DNA of 64,000 nucleotides from a virus (Duplodnaviria; Caudoviricetes): IMG/VR virus record IMGVR_UViG_2751185671_000004, positions 106,233 to 170,232 of that record; one strand, 5' to 3'. Shown piece by piece: positions 62,954 to 64,000 of this stretch (position 1 is its first letter; each line of letters starts with the position of its first letter). The notes under the pieces were generated by a model. It saw only the letters and a program-made list of their open reading frames with translations, ran no database searches and was not told where the DNA came from. The position numbers and the translations under genes were made by a program.

Positions 62954-64000
62954 ATGTACAATTCTAGATCTGTAAATTGGCCACTACTCGCAGGATTACG
63001 TTTTTTTCTTGCCTGGATAGTAATGACTGCTCACGTAGATTTTTATGCACCAGGAGGGATCGCAGCAGCATTTTACATGTTTGGAGCAAAAGCTTCAGTC
63101 GCTGCTTTTTTGCTAATTTCTGGATTTTCAATTGCCGCGTCTATCGAGAGCAGGCCTCAGGGTTTTATACTGAGACGGCTTCTTCGTATTTACCCTCTCT
63201 ATTTTGCTTCACTTTTGTTAACTCTTTTCGTTCAGAGTTTTATCGTCTCAACTATGGATAACCCAATATTTCCAGCAGATAGCTGGGGGAAGATAATCGG
63301 CAATATGTTCATGACGCAAATGTTTTTTGTTAAAGCATTAGTATATAACGGCCCTTTCTGGTCGTTAAGTATAGAGTTCTTTTTCTACGTTTTAGCTCCT
63401 ATATTTTGCTTTATGAAAAAGAGGTATTTATATATACTGATTGCTATTTCAGGTATTGTATATATTCTACCGAACAAACCTGAAGCAAGTATATTTTATA
63501 TTATGCTACTTAAATTTAATGCACTTAAATACTTGTGGATTTGGTTATTGGGCTTCTGCCTATACAAGAGAGAACCAAAGCTAGATTTTATTGGTGGTAT
63601 ACTGTGTATAACCTTACTAGTGTTAAGCAGTAATTTCACTCATAAATTAAACATAGTGACGCTGGGTGGCACTTACTTAATATTATTATTTTCACACTAT
63701 ATTAAAATCGGTGATTCTGCAAAAAATATATTAAATTACCTCGGCGATTTATCTTATCCACTCTATCTTATGCACTTTCCATTGATACTTCTCGTTGTAT
63801 ATGGCCTAAATATTAAATCAGAATTTATACTTTATTCTGTTATATTTTTAACTACTTCTCTTAGTATTATAATTTTTGATGTATATGTGAAAAACAAGTT
63901 ATTCAAACCATTATTTACTAGGATACTCAGCTCTTCTATATGGACAAAGAAATTGTTTAGCTATTTACCCCGAAGAATTGCTGTAAGTTATCGAATTTAA
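62954..64000 (+). CDS. Acyltransferase family 3 (OafA-like) membrane protein
   Basis: LAGLRFFLAWIV..H, FLLISGF, RRLLRIYP, WSLSIEFFFY, GDLSYPLYLMHFP. Confidence 0.92.
   Translation: MYNSRSVNWPLLAGLRFFLAWIVMTAHVDFYAPGGIAAAFYMFGAKASVAAFLLISGFSIAASIESRPQGFILRRLLRIYPLYFASLLLTLFVQSFIVSTMDNPIFPADSWGKIIGNMFMTQMFFVKALVYNGPFWSLSIEFFFYVLAPIFCFMKKRYLYILIAISGIVYILPNKPEASIFYIMLLKFNALKYLWIWLLGFCLYKREPKLDFIGGILCITLLVLSSNFTHKLNIVTLGGTYLILLFSHYIKIGDSAKNILNYLGDLSYPLYLMHFPLILLVVYGLNIKSEFILYSVIFLTTSLSIIIFDVYVKNKLFKPLFTRILSSSIWTKKLFSYLPRRIAVSYRI

Overview
AT-rich gammaproteobacterial accessory region with no housekeeping genes and many decayed elements. From left to right: (1) integron-cassette-like genes with degenerate attC sites and a minus-strand 3-gene operon (dual-OB-like / DUF488 / SLOG-like+DUF4326) that is a candidate defence module; (2) a tRNA/tmRNA 3'-end remnant, a DUF2924 pseudogene and two broken IS6 copies flanking a serine hydrolase; (3) orphan ORFs interleaved with solitary type I-F CRISPR repeats and a I-F leader; (4) a ~23 kb Rhs polymorphic-toxin locus with a 3421-aa Sec-type TcB/TcC-like Rhs protein and four orphan toxin/immunity modules, all with metalloprotease-type motifs; (5) single genes for secreted or effector-like proteins (subtilase, FAD-oxidoreductase/Ser-Thr kinase fusion, 7x50-aa propeller, Gly-rich, delta-60/LRR, 2OG-Fe(II) oxygenase, acyltransferase-3) and an IS481 relic. 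Two hidden patterns stand out. First, an identically spaced HrpL-box-like promoter (NRAACY-N15-NYAC-NN-A) lies upstream of six scattered orphan ORFs with effector-like N-termini, suggesting an unannotated type III effector regulon. Second, three of those ORFs are each followed by a lone type I-F CRISPR repeat, two of them with a leader, so that genes sit where spacers should be. All family assignments come from motif recognition by eye; no searches were run.
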